Assembly (NCBI GenBank): GCA_963706595.1
Contig: OY970166.1
Location: forward strand, 1,888,001 to 1,952,000
Direction of reading: 5' to 3'
From: an uncultured cyanobacterium
Lineage (GTDB): Bacteria; Cyanobacteriota; Cyanobacteriia; Cyanobacteriales; Nostocaceae
Length of the DNA: 64,000 bases
Shown: positions 20,436-30,442 of the stretch, in pieces
Layout of the letters: the number at the start of each line of letters is the position of its first letter
How positions within the stretch are numbered: the stretch's first letter is position 1
Notes under the pieces: model-generated
Told to the model about the DNA's origin: nothing
Databases searched by the model: none
What the model saw: the letters and a program-made list of their open reading frames with translations, nothing else
Translations under genes and position numbers: made by a program

Positions 20436-22604
20436 TCAGAGTGATAAAAACTTTTGATGTTCTCCTTTTTCTGCCATAAAAGTCTCTGGAGTTCCTTGTA
20501 AATGGACTTCACCTTTTTCTAACATCACAATCCAATCGGCTCGCTTGACAACGCTGGGGCGATGGGTAATTAAAATCGTAGTTTTGCCTTTGCGGGATGC
20601 TAGAATGGCATCTAAAACGCTAGCTTCACTCACTGGGTCGAGTCCGGCTGTGGCTTCATCTAAAATGAGGACAGGTGGATTAGTCATAATTCCTCTAGCG
20701 ATCGCTAATCTTTGTCTTTGTCCACCAGAGAGATTCGCCCCAAATTCACCCAACACAGTTTGATACTTACTGGGAAGTTGACTGATAAAGCTATCTGCAT
20801 CCGCAATCTCGCAAGCTTTGACAATTTCCTCAAAAGAAATATAGGGCGTTCCTAAACGGAAATTCTCTAAAATCGAGCGACTCCAAAAATGAGGTTCTTG
20901 GGGGACATAAACTATTTGTTGTCGGAGACAATCCAGGGCGATGTCATCGAGGTTAAACGAGCCAATGCGGATATTACCGGAATTTGGCTGATATAAACCT
21001 GCTAAGAGTTTGGCTAAGGTACTTTTACCACAACCAGATTTACCAATCAAGGCGATCGCTTGACCACCGGGTAACTTGAGAGAAAAATCTTCTAACAAGT
21101 CAACTCTACCAGGATGGTGAAATGTCAGATGAGAACAATGAATATCTGCACCGCCGGAAATTTGCGCCACAGGCTTTTGACTACCTCCCACCACCTCCGG
21201 TGTCGCATCAATCACTTCTAAAAGCCGAGAAACTGCTGTTTGAGAGCGAAAATATTCATCGACTAAACCCACTAAGGAATTAATTAAACTCAGAACATTC
21301 ACCTGTAGCACATTAAAAGCCAACATTTGCCCGATACTTAATTCTCCCTGAATCACCAAGATACTTCCTAACCCCAATAAAGCTACAGCACCAATACTCG
21401 AAAGCAGTCGAGAAAGAGTATTGTTAATAATTCCGATTTGTACAGTGCTAAACGTTAGATTAGCTAGACGACCAAAACGACTTTGAAATTCTTCCCAAAA
21501 TTGGGGCGCAGCATTTGTGGTTTTCAGTACCTGTGCGCCCTTAAATGTTTCTACCAACACCCCTTGATTTTCTGCCCCTAACACTAAAAGATTGCGAGTT
21601 TTTTGTTGGAGGATAGGTAAAAAAGGCAGAGTAGATAAAGTCATTAAAGCACTAATTACCAGAACTGCTAATGTGAGTTTCCAACTATAAAACAGCATTA
21701 AGCAGAAAGAAATTACTGCAATGAAAAATTTACTTGGTAAAAGCACGACTATCTGTGATACCAACTGGTTAATATGATTGATATCTCGTAATCGGCTAGT
21801 GATTTCACCACTCCGGCGGGCTTCGTAGTAATTTAAAGGTAACTGGAGCATTTTCCGCCCAAATTCCAAAACAAGCCCTAATTGCAGTCGTTGACCAAAG
21901 TGAGCAATCATTGTTGATTGCAGTAATTGTAAAGTGCTGCTAAATACAGTCATAACTACAACTGCGGCGACGACAACAGTTAGTAGTTGGACATCTCCGC
22001 GCACTAAAACATCATCTGTGAGAATTTGGATAAGTATTGGAGAACCCAAAGCCAGTACACCCAAAGCAATATTCAGCATTAAAACCTGAGTCAGCAAACC
22101 ACGATAAGGCAAAATCCGCTTTAAAAAGCGTCCAAAGCCACCCATTGGTTTGTCTTCGGGCTGATCAGAAAAGCGGTCTGGATCTGGCTCCAGTAAGAGC
22201 ATCACGCCATTCCAAGCGGCTGTTAACTCTTTGCGGTCAACATAACGAATACCCACAGAGGGGTCAGCAATTACATATTTTTTGCCTTGTTGGTTATATA
22301 AAACTACCCAGTGATAACCATGCCAATGGATAATGGCTGGTAACTGTACTTCTTTGATTCTGTCGATAATTTCTGGCGAAGCTTTAACGGCTCTAGCATT
22401 AAAACCCAAATTTTCGGAGCCACGTTTTAGACCTAACAACGTAGTTCCTAGTTGTCCAGTTCCTACAGATTCTCGACTGCGATTAATGCTTAAAAATCGA
22501 CCGTAATGTTTGCTAATTGTTGCCAAACAAGCTGCTCCACAATCTTCTTCGCTTAATTGTGAAACGCACGGATAGTTTTTCTGAAGTTTGATTAAACCAA
22601 ACAT
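20436..22604 (-). CDS. C39 peptidase-containing ABC transporter (bacteriocin-type processing/export)
   Basis: QLSEEDCGAACL (catalytic Cys), HWVV, DP; transmembrane domain; GKSGCGKS, LSGGQRQR, LILDEAT. Confidence 0.96.
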   Translation of the reverse strand: MFGLIKLQKNYPCVSQLSEEDCGAACLATISKHYGRFLSINRSRESVGTGQLGTTLLGLKRGSENLGFNARAVKASPEIIDRIKEVQLPAIIHWHGYHWVVLYNQQGKKYVIADPSVGIRYVDRKELTAAWNGVMLLLEPDPDRFSDQPEDKPMGGFGRFLKRILPYRGLLTQVLMLNIALGVLALGSPILIQILTDDVLVRGDVQLLTVVVAAVVVMTVFSSTLQLLQSTMIAHFGQRLQLGLVLEFGRKMLQLPLNYYEARRSGEITSRLRDINHINQLVSQIVVLLPSKFFIAVISFCLMLFYSWKLTLAVLVISALMTLSTLPFLPILQQKTRNLLVLGAENQGVLVETFKGAQVLKTTNAAPQFWEEFQSRFGRLANLTFSTVQIGIINNTLSRLLSSIGAVALLGLGSILVIQGELSIGQMLAFNVLQVNVLSLINSLVGLVDEYFRSQTAVSRLLEVIDATPEVVGGSQKPVAQISGGADIHCSHLTFHHPGRVDLLEDFSLKLPGGQAIALIGKSGCGKSTLAKLLAGLYQPNSGNIRIGSFNLDDIALDCLRQQIVYVPQEPHFWSRSILENFRLGTPYISFEEIVKACEIADADSFISQLPSKYQTVLGEFGANLSGGQRQRLAIARGIMTNPPVLILDEATAGLDPVSEASVLDAILASRKGKTTILITHRPSVVKRADWIVMLEKGEVHLQGTPETFMAEKGEHQKFLSL

Positions 22605-22609
22605 AATTT

Positions 22610-22640
22610 AATTCGTAATTCGTAATTCGTAATTCGTAAT
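22610..22640. repeat. STRR heptamer tandem repeat (AATTCGT) x4
   Basis: Directly visible. Confidence 0.8.
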
Positions 22641-22667
22641 GCCCCTTTTCTACGCAATATAGACTTG

Positions 22668-24185
22668 TTAGAAATCTGTGATTAATCTGGCTTTGCGGAG
22701 AATGAAATTAAGTACGGTTTCTTGTCGGGAAATAATATCAGCGCGACCTTTCATTCCTGGTTGTAGCTGACATTGATGATTGTCTGTACCTACATAAGTG
22801 GTTTCGGCTTCTATGGTGGTTTCGTAGCCGACTGTCTGGGTAGCCCCTGGAACACCTGGCTCGGTGCTGTTATTTCCCATTGGGAGGGCATCTGGGGCAA
22901 CATTTTTGACTGTCCCGTGGAGAGTACCGTAGTTGGGATAAGGACAAGCTGAAACCTGCATCTGCACTTTTTGCCCAGGTTTTACTTTGTCGATGTCTTG
23001 AGGCTGGACAAATGCTTTGATCACCATTGGAGTGTTGACGGGCGCAATTTGAGCAATAGCTTGACTTGGTTGTACTACCTGACCAGGATGACGCAGATTT
23101 AATTGCAACAGTGTACCTGTGATTGGCGCTCGAATTACAGTTTGATTCAGGTCAATTCCTACCTGTTGTAGTTCTTTGCGCGATCGCATAGCTTGTTTTT
23201 CCAGTTCTAGACGCTGTTGAAGGAGGGTTTCTCGTTCTCTGTTCAAAGCGGCTAAGGTAGATTTACCACTGGCTTGTTCTTGTTTAATTCGTTCTGAGGC
23301 TATGGTGATAGCTGCGTTATGAGGATTGATATTATTTTGAGCTTTTTCGAGTTTGATTTGGGCAATTTTTAAGGCTTGTTCTTTTTCTGAGAGCAAATCT
23401 TTAGCGTTAGCTTTGGCTTGTTCTAGCTTGGCTTGGGCTGATTTTACTTCCTGTTGTTTTTCCTCCAATAAATTGCGCGAAATTGCTCCGGATGCGACTA
23501 CTGATTGTAAGCGATCGCGTTGCTTTTTTGCTAAATTTAAAGCTAGTTCGGCTTCTTGTACGGTTGCAGTTAATAAGTTATTTTGTTGTAGGCGATCGCG
23601 TTGTAATTTCGCTAAATTCCAAGTAGCTTCGGCTTCGGTCAAATCAGCCATAGTTGTCATTTGCTGGTCTTCATAGTTGCGCTGACTCGCACTGAGTTCG
23701 GCTTGTGCGGCGATTATTGTGCGGTTAAGTAAGGTTCTTTGAGCCGCAATCTGAGTGGCAATATCAGCAATTTGAGCATCAATTTGGCGCAGTTGTAATT
23801 GACTCTGTTCAATACTATTTTCTAGTTGGCTTTTTTGATTTTGCAACCGTGAATCATCAATGTAAGCAATGGGTTCTCCTTGTTTGACTACCTGATTTTC
23901 TTGCACATCTATTTTCTGCACTGTGCCAATTACGGCAGATTGAACTATTCCTAGTTCTCCTTCTGGTCGAATAGTCGCCGGAACTTTGACTGTGACATTA
24001 TAACTAAAAACAGATGTGAGACCAGCCGCCGCCATAAATGTCATTAGCAGAACTCCAGCGCCGATGTTTGTCCATTTACTGATGCGGGGAAGAAACTCGT
24101 GAGGTTCAACTAAACTGAGTTCTTCTGGTGTCGGTTCATTAAACCGATTCCAAAAATTGTTGTCTTGTTGGGGAAAGGAGTTCAC
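22668..24185 (-). CDS. HlyD family membrane fusion protein
   Basis: N-terminal transmembrane segment, V..GTVQKIDV.ENQVVKQG, long coiled coil, IRAPITG, PYPNYGTLHG, LQPGM. Confidence 0.94.
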   Translation of the reverse strand: MNSFPQQDNNFWNRFNEPTPEELSLVEPHEFLPRISKWTNIGAGVLLMTFMAAAGLTSVFSYNVTVKVPATIRPEGELGIVQSAVIGTVQKIDVQENQVVKQGEPIAYIDDSRLQNQKSQLENSIEQSQLQLRQIDAQIADIATQIAAQRTLLNRTIIAAQAELSASQRNYEDQQMTTMADLTEAEATWNLAKLQRDRLQQNNLLTATVQEAELALNLAKKQRDRLQSVVASGAISRNLLEEKQQEVKSAQAKLEQAKANAKDLLSEKEQALKIAQIKLEKAQNNINPHNAAITIASERIKQEQASGKSTLAALNRERETLLQQRLELEKQAMRSRKELQQVGIDLNQTVIRAPITGTLLQLNLRHPGQVVQPSQAIAQIAPVNTPMVIKAFVQPQDIDKVKPGQKVQMQVSACPYPNYGTLHGTVKNVAPDALPMGNNSTEPGVPGATQTVGYETTIEAETTYVGTDNHQCQLQPGMKGRADIISRQETVLNFILRKARLITDF

Positions 24186-24539
24186 TGTACTCTACCTTGG
24201 GTTTGATTGGGAGGGTTTGATTGGGATAAATTAATTGGGTTGCTAACTACATCTTGGGCAAATATTGGGAAAAAAAAGTAAAACGGTAACAGAAGATGCT
24301 AACGGCAGCTAACATCTGGTTTATGATGTTGTATAATTAGGAATGGGGATAAAGAAAGGAGTACACTATGTACGCCAATATCCTTTCTCAAGTATCTAAC
24401 GTGGATAACGCTTAGAAACAACAGAGGAGAATGCTCAAACTTTCTCAAAGTCCTCACTTACGTTGAGCGAGTCATAACTATCTCCTCTCCCCCCTTTTCT
24501 CGGCATTATTTAACAGGTTGACGTTGAAAACAACAGAAA

Positions 24540-24677
24540 AAGTATATGTAGGGCGTGTTACGGCTTTAGCCTAACGCACCGTCTTCTGTGGTCTTGGTGC
24601 GTTACACTTCGTGATAACACACCCTACTGGCTACTGGCGTGACTACGTACATTTCATAAATCAAATATGAGTCCTAT
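24540..24677. repeat. REPIN-like inverted pair of GTAG hairpins within a MITE-like right end
   Basis: GTAGGGCGTGTTACGG..AACGCACC and GGTGCGTTAC..AACACACCCTAC, ending AAATCAAATATGAGTCCTATA. Confidence 0.6.
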
Positions 24678-24684
24678 AGCAAAA

Positions 24685-24972
24685 TCAACTGTTGAATTGA
24701 TTCAATACTTCAAAGTTGGCAAGAGCCGGAAATTCTGTAGGTTCACTAGATAAAAAACTTGTGGCGTTAGAATTTACATCAGCAAGCTGAGTATTTGATG
24801 CCGAAGAGTTTCCTTCTAGACCAGAATCACTTGATTTTGTAGTATTTGCAGTTCCTTGAGCGAAACTATTGTCTTTGAGTTGATAGTTAACACCACCAAC
24901 CAGTAATTCCTGCTGTTTATCGGATAATTCTAATTCTGCAAACCAATCGGATGTGATGATTTGATGTGACAT
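24685..24972 (-). CDS. Double-glycine leader peptide (CTB-family bacteriocin-like)
   Basis: Leader WFAELELSDKQQELLVGG; core resembles those at 25418 and 26100. Confidence 0.82.
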   Translation of the reverse strand: MSHQIITSDWFAELELSDKQQELLVGGVNYQLKDNSFAQGTANTTKSSDSGLEGNSSASNTQLADVNSNATSFLSSEPTEFPALANFEVLNQFNS

Positions 24973-25417
24973 AATTATTCGCCTCACTGACAATCAACTC
25001 CAATCTAATTTGGCATGATTGTTAGTCTCACTTACATAATCCTCAAAAAAAGGATTCCAGAAACTGACCTGTGGATGCAGTTTATCCTGAGTATTCGGCT
25101 CAATAATCAAGTTGTGTAAACATTAATCACACACAGAAAGCTCCGGAATCCGTTACAGCACTTCCCGGTGTTATGAGGTACAAAAACCCCACCCCCAACC
25201 CCCTCCCCGCAAGCGATGAGGGGGCTACGATGTACCTTATATAATTGGAAATCGCTGTATTACTGCAATTTTGAGTAACCAGATAATCAACACTTCTGGG
25301 AATCATCAATTATTCAAGTTAGCAATTGCAGATGTCTTTAGTAGTTTGTCAAAGTATTTTTCAGAGTTCGATTACCCATTAATTTCAATTTGACAAACTA
25401 CGAGAGCGGATTGGATA

Positions 25418-25713
25418 TTATTGTCCGTTACCACCGCCACCGTTAAGGACTGGTGCAGCGCCCAAAGCCTCAACGTCAGGAACTGATTCCGCACCCAATC
25501 CCATCAAGTCTTGCGCCGCAGTGTTAATGGCTGTAACGTCACCTGTGGAGTGGCAGTACTACCATCTGGACCTGAATTGGCTGTACCTTGTAAATTTGCT
25601 ATTCTGTTAGCGAAATTGCTCCCAGCTAGCTCAAAGTCAGCCCCGCCAGCTACGAGTTCTTGCTGCTCGTCGGATAATGCAAGACACAATTGTGATACGA
25701 TATTCTCTGTCAT
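25418..25713 (-). CDS. Double-glycine leader peptide, paralog of 26100-26426, with a 1-bp deletion near 25550
   Basis: Leader LSDEQQELVAGG|ADFELAGSNF; GTGGAGTGGCA versus GTGGAGTTGGCA in the paralog; homologous frame continues to TAA at 25418-25420. Confidence 0.8.
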
Positions 25714-26099
25714 GATTGTTAGCCTCATTGACGTAATTCTTAAACAAAAGATTCCAGATACTCACTTGTTGATCAGCCAAAATAAACTGGCAAGAAAATT
25801 CTGGAATTAAAGCCTACTTTCCACGCTTGAGAACAGGAAACCCAGATTGCTTCATTAGTTCAGCGCCACCATATTTCCTGAAGAAACTCACCAGGGCGAT
25901 CTCTGCAATAGTTGAGTTATTCGAGATCACAATTGTAGTTTTTGGGTAAGGTCAGGAAGACACAATTACACTGCTGATTCGGAGAATAACCCCCATGCAC
26001 CATTTGCTACTGTGATGGATGAAATAATGCTTTAATGTGACAGATCAGCTTTCCGGGTCAACTGTAGAAATGGTTTAGTGGTTTGGCTGGTTGAGTTGA

Positions 26100-26426
26100 T
26101 TAACCTTCGCCTTCACCACCACCACCACCACCACCATTACCACCGCCACCGTTAAGGACTGGTGCAGCGCCCAAAGCGTCAATTGAAGGAACTTCTGCTG
26201 CACCTAATCCCATTAAGTCTTGTGCCGCAGTATTGATAGCGGTAACGTCACCTGTGGAGTTGGCACTACTACCATCTGGACCGGCATTACTTGTGCCTTG
26301 TAAATTGGCACGTCTTTGAGAGAAGTTGCTACCAGCTAGTTCAAAGTCAGCACCGCCAGCTACAAGTTCTTGTTGATCATCAGATAAAGTAACAAACAAT
26401 TCTGATGTAAATATTTGATGTGACAT
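26100..26426 (-). CDS. Double-glycine leader peptide (CTB-family bacteriocin-like) with poly-Gly tail
   Basis: Leader LFVTLSDDQQELVAGG|ADFELAGSNF; GAGG RBS. Confidence 0.85.
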   Translation of the reverse strand: MSHQIFTSELFVTLSDDQQELVAGGADFELAGSNFSQRRANLQGTSNAGPDGSSANSTGDVTAINTAAQDLMGLGAAEVPSIDALGAAPVLNGGGGNGGGGGGGEGEG

Positions 26427-26719
26427 GATTGTTAGCCTCACTTACGTACATAGGTTGTGACTACCTAAGACCTTAACTATAAGCACTGTTTGTGAGGAAT
26501 TCATAAATCCAGAGGTAGAAATCAATCTTGTATATTTACTCCTGAAAGTAGATATAAAGTCTGATTTTTTTACAGCCAAATTCATACTTTGAGAAAATAA
26601 ATAGACAATATTCCAGGTTTTGCGGCTATGTCATCTAATAATCGAGTTTTCAATTATCTGCTGAGTTTATCCCTTCACAGTAATTTATAAAAACTACAGT
26701 TATTAAAAATACAACGTAT

Positions 26720-26931
26720 TAGACATCTGGTGACAAATAATGTAGAGACGTTCCGTGGAACGTCTCTACAAAGGTTCTGTGATCACGCATATTTTATATA
26801 GTAATCCGTTTTGATTTTTGAACTTACTTGCGTAGGGGGGAGTGGGGAGTGGGGAGTGGGGAGTGGGAAAAAGCCATTTTGAGTTGTACTGAGTTTTTTC
26901 AAAAATCAAATAGGAGTCCTATAGATGTCTA
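26720..26931. mobile_element. Nested MITE-like elements: TAGACATCTGGTGA-ended element with GTAG palindrome, interrupted by a TATAG-ended element (26797-26923) carrying GGGGAGT STRRs
   Basis: An uninterrupted outer element is present at 47926-48019. Confidence 0.65.
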
Positions 26932-26983
26932 TGTCACCATTTGTGAGATGGACACTGTTGAGCTTTTGAAAAATCCCTGGTTT

Positions 26984-27697
26984 TTAGAGAGAATGGTGCA
27001 AGAATATGTTAATTAACCAAAATGCCAGTCCTGCACTGCCTAAAGGCACTGTTAAATTATCAATACCTAAAAATGAAATGGCTTCTAAACTGGTAGCTGC
27101 TAAAGCGATCGCCAAAGATACTACCCAAGTTTGCCAAAGGTTTCCTTCTACACTCAGTAATATTCCACTACTGATGATAAAACTGACTAAAGCCATTGTC
27201 AAGGAGCCTTCCCAACTTTTTTGCGCTCCCCAAACTTGATACTTGTGTTGACCAAAACGCTGTCCAATCAATGCGGCTAACCCATCGCCCCAAGCCATCA
27301 CCATGATGCCGATGGCGGCATATTGGGGCTGTTCTATGTGCCAAAACCAAGCCACTAAAATGCCCATGCTGACAGCATAAAAGAAGGTTCCCAAACTTTG
27401 CCTACCAACGCTATTAATACCGGGAAGCAGGGGAAATCGGTATGATAGTAAAGTGATGGCACTGGCGACAATGGAAGCTGTAATGCCTAAACTGGCGGGA
27501 ACATCGAGCCACCAAGCCAGCATGATTACATTCCCAGTGCCAATGTGAACTATTTTCCTGACTATTTCTGGTTCGCCCTGAGCAAAGCGATATACTACCC
27601 AAGCGATGAGGAGAATGAGTGACACCCAAACTGTAACTACGGTAATTTGTAGCCACAAAGGTGGAGTGGAGGTGAAATCGATAGCTGGAGATAACAA
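26984..27697 (-). CDS. Phytol/polyprenol kinase (cytidylyltransferase-like membrane family)
   Basis: RKIVHIGTG, WGDGLAALIG, KSWEGS, GIDNLTVP. Confidence 0.88.
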   Translation of the reverse strand: MLSPAIDFTSTPPLWLQITVVTVWVSLILLIAWVVYRFAQGEPEIVRKIVHIGTGNVIMLAWWLDVPASLGITASIVASAITLLSYRFPLLPGINSVGRQSLGTFFYAVSMGILVAWFWHIEQPQYAAIGIMVMAWGDGLAALIGQRFGQHKYQVWGAQKSWEGSLTMALVSFIISSGILLSVEGNLWQTWVVSLAIALAATSLEAISFLGIDNLTVPLGSAGLAFWLINIFLHHSL

Positions 27698-27760
27698 AGA
27701 AACTACAAGATAGGAATTTTTTACATTTATTACTAATTTATAAGATTTTAGGCGATCGCG

Positions 27761-28048
27761 ATGAAACTATTATTCATTTGGTTGATTAAAGGTTACAGAA
27801 TGTTTATTTCGCCCCTGTTTCCCCCGACTTGTCGCTTTCAACCAACTTGTTCAATGTATGCTATTGAAGCCATTGAGCGATTTGGGATTTGGCGCGGTGG
27901 CTGGATGGCGACTCGGCGGATTTTGCGTTGTCATCCCTTCCATCCTGGTGGATATGATCCAGTTCCAGAGGCGACAAAGCATTGCTGCGATCATCATCTG
28001 CCAAATTCCGGGAAACAGACCACAGAAGACCATCACCAAGGCTCGTAG
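27761..28048 (+). CDS. yidD: Membrane protein insertion efficiency factor
   Basis: [32 protein letters not shown]. Confidence 0.95.
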   Translation: MKLLFIWLIKGYRMFISPLFPPTCRFQPTCSMYAIEAIERFGIWRGGWMATRRILRCHPFHPGGYDPVPEATKHCCDHHLPNSGKQTTEDHHQGS

Positions 28049-28111
28049 TGAGGACTTTAGTCCTCTCCATACTCATTATTGATATTGAAAAAGTATATTC
28101 ATATACTTTCA

Positions 28112-28690
28112 CTATCCCTTATCTCTAGGTAAAATCATTTTAAATCCTCCTTTATTGAGATTCGCAAAATAAAGTTCCACCTCAATATCGGGATAGCGAT
28201 CGCGAATTGACCAATAAGCGCGATGCAAATAATCTGTATGTACTTGCAATTCTTGCTCTGGATCTTTACTTAAATTAGGGTCAATCATGGTTGCATAAGC
28301 CCCACAATCTTGGTGATCAATCACAATCACCTTCTTAATCTGATGTAGTCGATAAGATATATCTAGCTGATCCCAAAATGCTTCCGCATCAGATGGGTGA
28401 GGGAATCCGGCTACAGCTAAAGAAGCACCGGCTAAAGCTGTCCAATCATACTCCCCATCAAATTGTTTTTTCCTTAAAAAGTAGCGCTCTGCGGTCAAAA
28501 ACCGAAAGTCAATACAACTGAGAACTAAAGCTTTAGCTTGACGAATTTCGGCTTGAGCAGGTGCTGCTGATTGCAGGATAGTAAAAGCTACTGCTCCGGG
28601 AAGCAGAGATTTGAGAAAATGACGACGATTAGCCAAGGGATGGCAACAAAGACATTCACCAGTCTGCGATTGATTGATAGGTTTGTTCAT
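28112..28690 (-). CDS. Beta-carbonic anhydrase-like protein with twin-arginine signal peptide
   Basis: NRRHFLK..AQA signal; CIDFR and HQDCG Zn-ligand motifs. Confidence 0.78.
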   Translation of the reverse strand: MNKPINQSQTGECLCCHPLANRRHFLKSLLPGAVAFTILQSAAPAQAEIRQAKALVLSCIDFRFLTAERYFLRKKQFDGEYDWTALAGASLAVAGFPHPSDAEAFWDQLDISYRLHQIKKVIVIDHQDCGAYATMIDPNLSKDPEQELQVHTDYLHRAYWSIRDRYPDIEVELYFANLNKGGFKMILPRDKG

Positions 28691-28790
28691 CTTTTATTAA
28701 TAGAGTTTGTGCTGAAAGCTTCACCCTATAACTTTAATACCAACAAGGTGTGATTACCCTGTTGTTGTAGAACTTTTGCTCATTTGCTCT

Positions 28791-28967
28791 TAGAGGGTGT
28801 TTGAAAAGTTTTGGGCGAATATAATTCGCTACTACACAGGCCAAGTCCACCTCCGTGGACTAATGAAAAATTAAGGTTTTTAACCCGCGTAGGCGGGTTT
28901 TGTCTGTATAGCCGCGACTTCTAGTCGCCAGGGCTAATAATAAATTAGACTTTTCAAACAACCTCTT
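28791..28967. repeat. MITE-like element with AGAGG.TGTTTGAAAAGT terminal inverted repeats
   Basis: AGAGGGTGTTTGAAAAGT / ACTTTTCAAACAACCTCT; internal REP-like hairpins. Confidence 0.6.
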
Positions 28968-29221
28968 ACTGTTTGATTAGCAGCGTCGCATCTAGGGCTT
29001 GCAGCCCCACTTCTAGAATCGGCTGTGGAAATGCGCCTAATCTAATACCAATTATTTGTGAGGCTGCATATTATTTCGACCCCACCCCTAACCCCTCCCC
29101 GCAAGCGAGGAGGGGAACTGGATTTCTGATTAAATTCTATTTATGCAGCTTTATATTAAATTGGTATAACCTAGTAAATATTATAATAGATATAAACATT
29201 ATCTAAAAGTAAGAAGTAATA

Positions 29222-29536
29222 ATGACAACTCAAGCAGAAATAATCAATCAATTAAAAGCTCTTGAAGCACTTTCTCAACAAGGAGGATATAGTGATATCT
29301 TGGCTTCATCACTCAGAAAGATTATCAATCAAGAAAGAGAAAATATTCAACAGCAAATTAAAGAATTAGAAAATGACTTACAAGCATTTGAACAACAGTA
29401 TCAATTATCATCGGCAGATTTTTATCAACAATTTAAAACAGGTCAATTAGGAGATGAAGCAGATTTTGTGGAATGGAGTGCTTTTTATCAAATGTGGTCT
29501 GATTTAGAAGCTCGTTTAATGTTACTGCAATCTTAA
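29222..29536 (+). CDS. Putative antitoxin (TumA-like)
   Basis: LQAFEQQYQLSSADFYQQFKTGQLGDEADFVEW motif; coupled to the next gene. Confidence 0.65.
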   Translation: MTTQAEIINQLKALEALSQQGGYSDILASSLRKIINQERENIQQQIKELENDLQAFEQQYQLSSADFYQQFKTGQLGDEADFVEWSAFYQMWSDLEARLMLLQS

Positions 29537-29941
29537 TTGAATATGATAGTTCAGGATTATCTGACAGAAATAAAAGCTAAATTAATTACCAGTTCGATAA
29601 TTGATAAAATTTCTATTGTTAAAGAAAGAGCATTATCCGATCAAGGTTATTTTCGCGCAAGATTGAATTTAACGAATGGTGATTTTTTAGAAGTGGTGGA
29701 ATTTTTTAAAGTCAAGGGAGATCAATGTATTACAGAAACCTATCGTTATCAATGGATGGATGGTAATAGAACCCAGTTAAGAAAAAGATGGGATAATGTA
29801 GAGCATTTTCCTAATTTACCAAATTTTCCTCATTATGTCCATATTGAGGAAGAATCTTATGTTTATGCAAGTGTTTGTAGGAATATTTTAGAAATAATTG
29901 ATTTAATTAGTCAACAAATTACATATAGGAATCCGATTTGA
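29537..29941 (+). CDS. DUF6516/TumE-like putative toxin
   Basis: YRYQWMD..RWDNVEHFPNLPNFPHYVH motif. Confidence 0.7.
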   Translation: MNMIVQDYLTEIKAKLITSSIIDKISIVKERALSDQGYFRARLNLTNGDFLEVVEFFKVKGDQCITETYRYQWMDGNRTQLRKRWDNVEHFPNLPNFPHYVHIEEESYVYASVCRNILEIIDLISQQITYRNPI

Positions 29942-30304
29942 TTATTGAAAAAATCTAAGTATATGTAGTGGCGTGACAAGGCTAAAATGTTGCAATAGAT
30001 TTTTGAGAAAATTGGGATAAATCAATGTTTTCTGCTTTTTACCTAATGCACTATTTTAAGCTTGTCACGCCAGTAGGGTGTGTTATGGCTTTAGCCTAAC
30101 GCACCGTCTTCTGGGTCTTGGTGCGTTACTACTGGATTGACAAGCTTAAAATAGTGCATGAGACGTAGGTTGGGTAGAGGAACGAAACCCAACGCAACCA
30201 AAGATGTTGGGTTTCCTAACGTCAACCCAACCTACAATTTTTTGCCACATTTTAAGCTTGTCATGCTACTACGTGTGTTTCATAAATCAAAGATGAGTCC
30301 TATA
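29924..30304. mobile_element. Composite MITE: TATAG-ended element with two nested TIR elements (29966-30075 and about 30130-30271)
   Basis: Inner TAGTGGCGTGACAAG / CTTGTCACGCCAGTA with TA duplication relative to the empty site at about 8995-9010. Confidence 0.65.
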
Positions 30305-30442
30305 GGAAGTCTTAAAGTTCTAAACCTCACATTATTCATTTCGGCGATTTTCTTCAAGAAGTTGGGAATATCTGGTATCAACAGCAAAAATGCCATGTCT
30401 GGAGTTGACAAGGCTAGAGTTTAATAATATTAAATTATAGAT

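Noticed and set aside
25142..25147. TCCGGA as a heterocyst DIF1 promoter motif for the peptide genes
   Set aside because: A single hexamer beside a repeat element with no supporting TSS information
25127..30424. Short ORFs at 25127, 26828, 28973 and 30158
   Set aside because: They are translations of REP/MITE/STRR repeats
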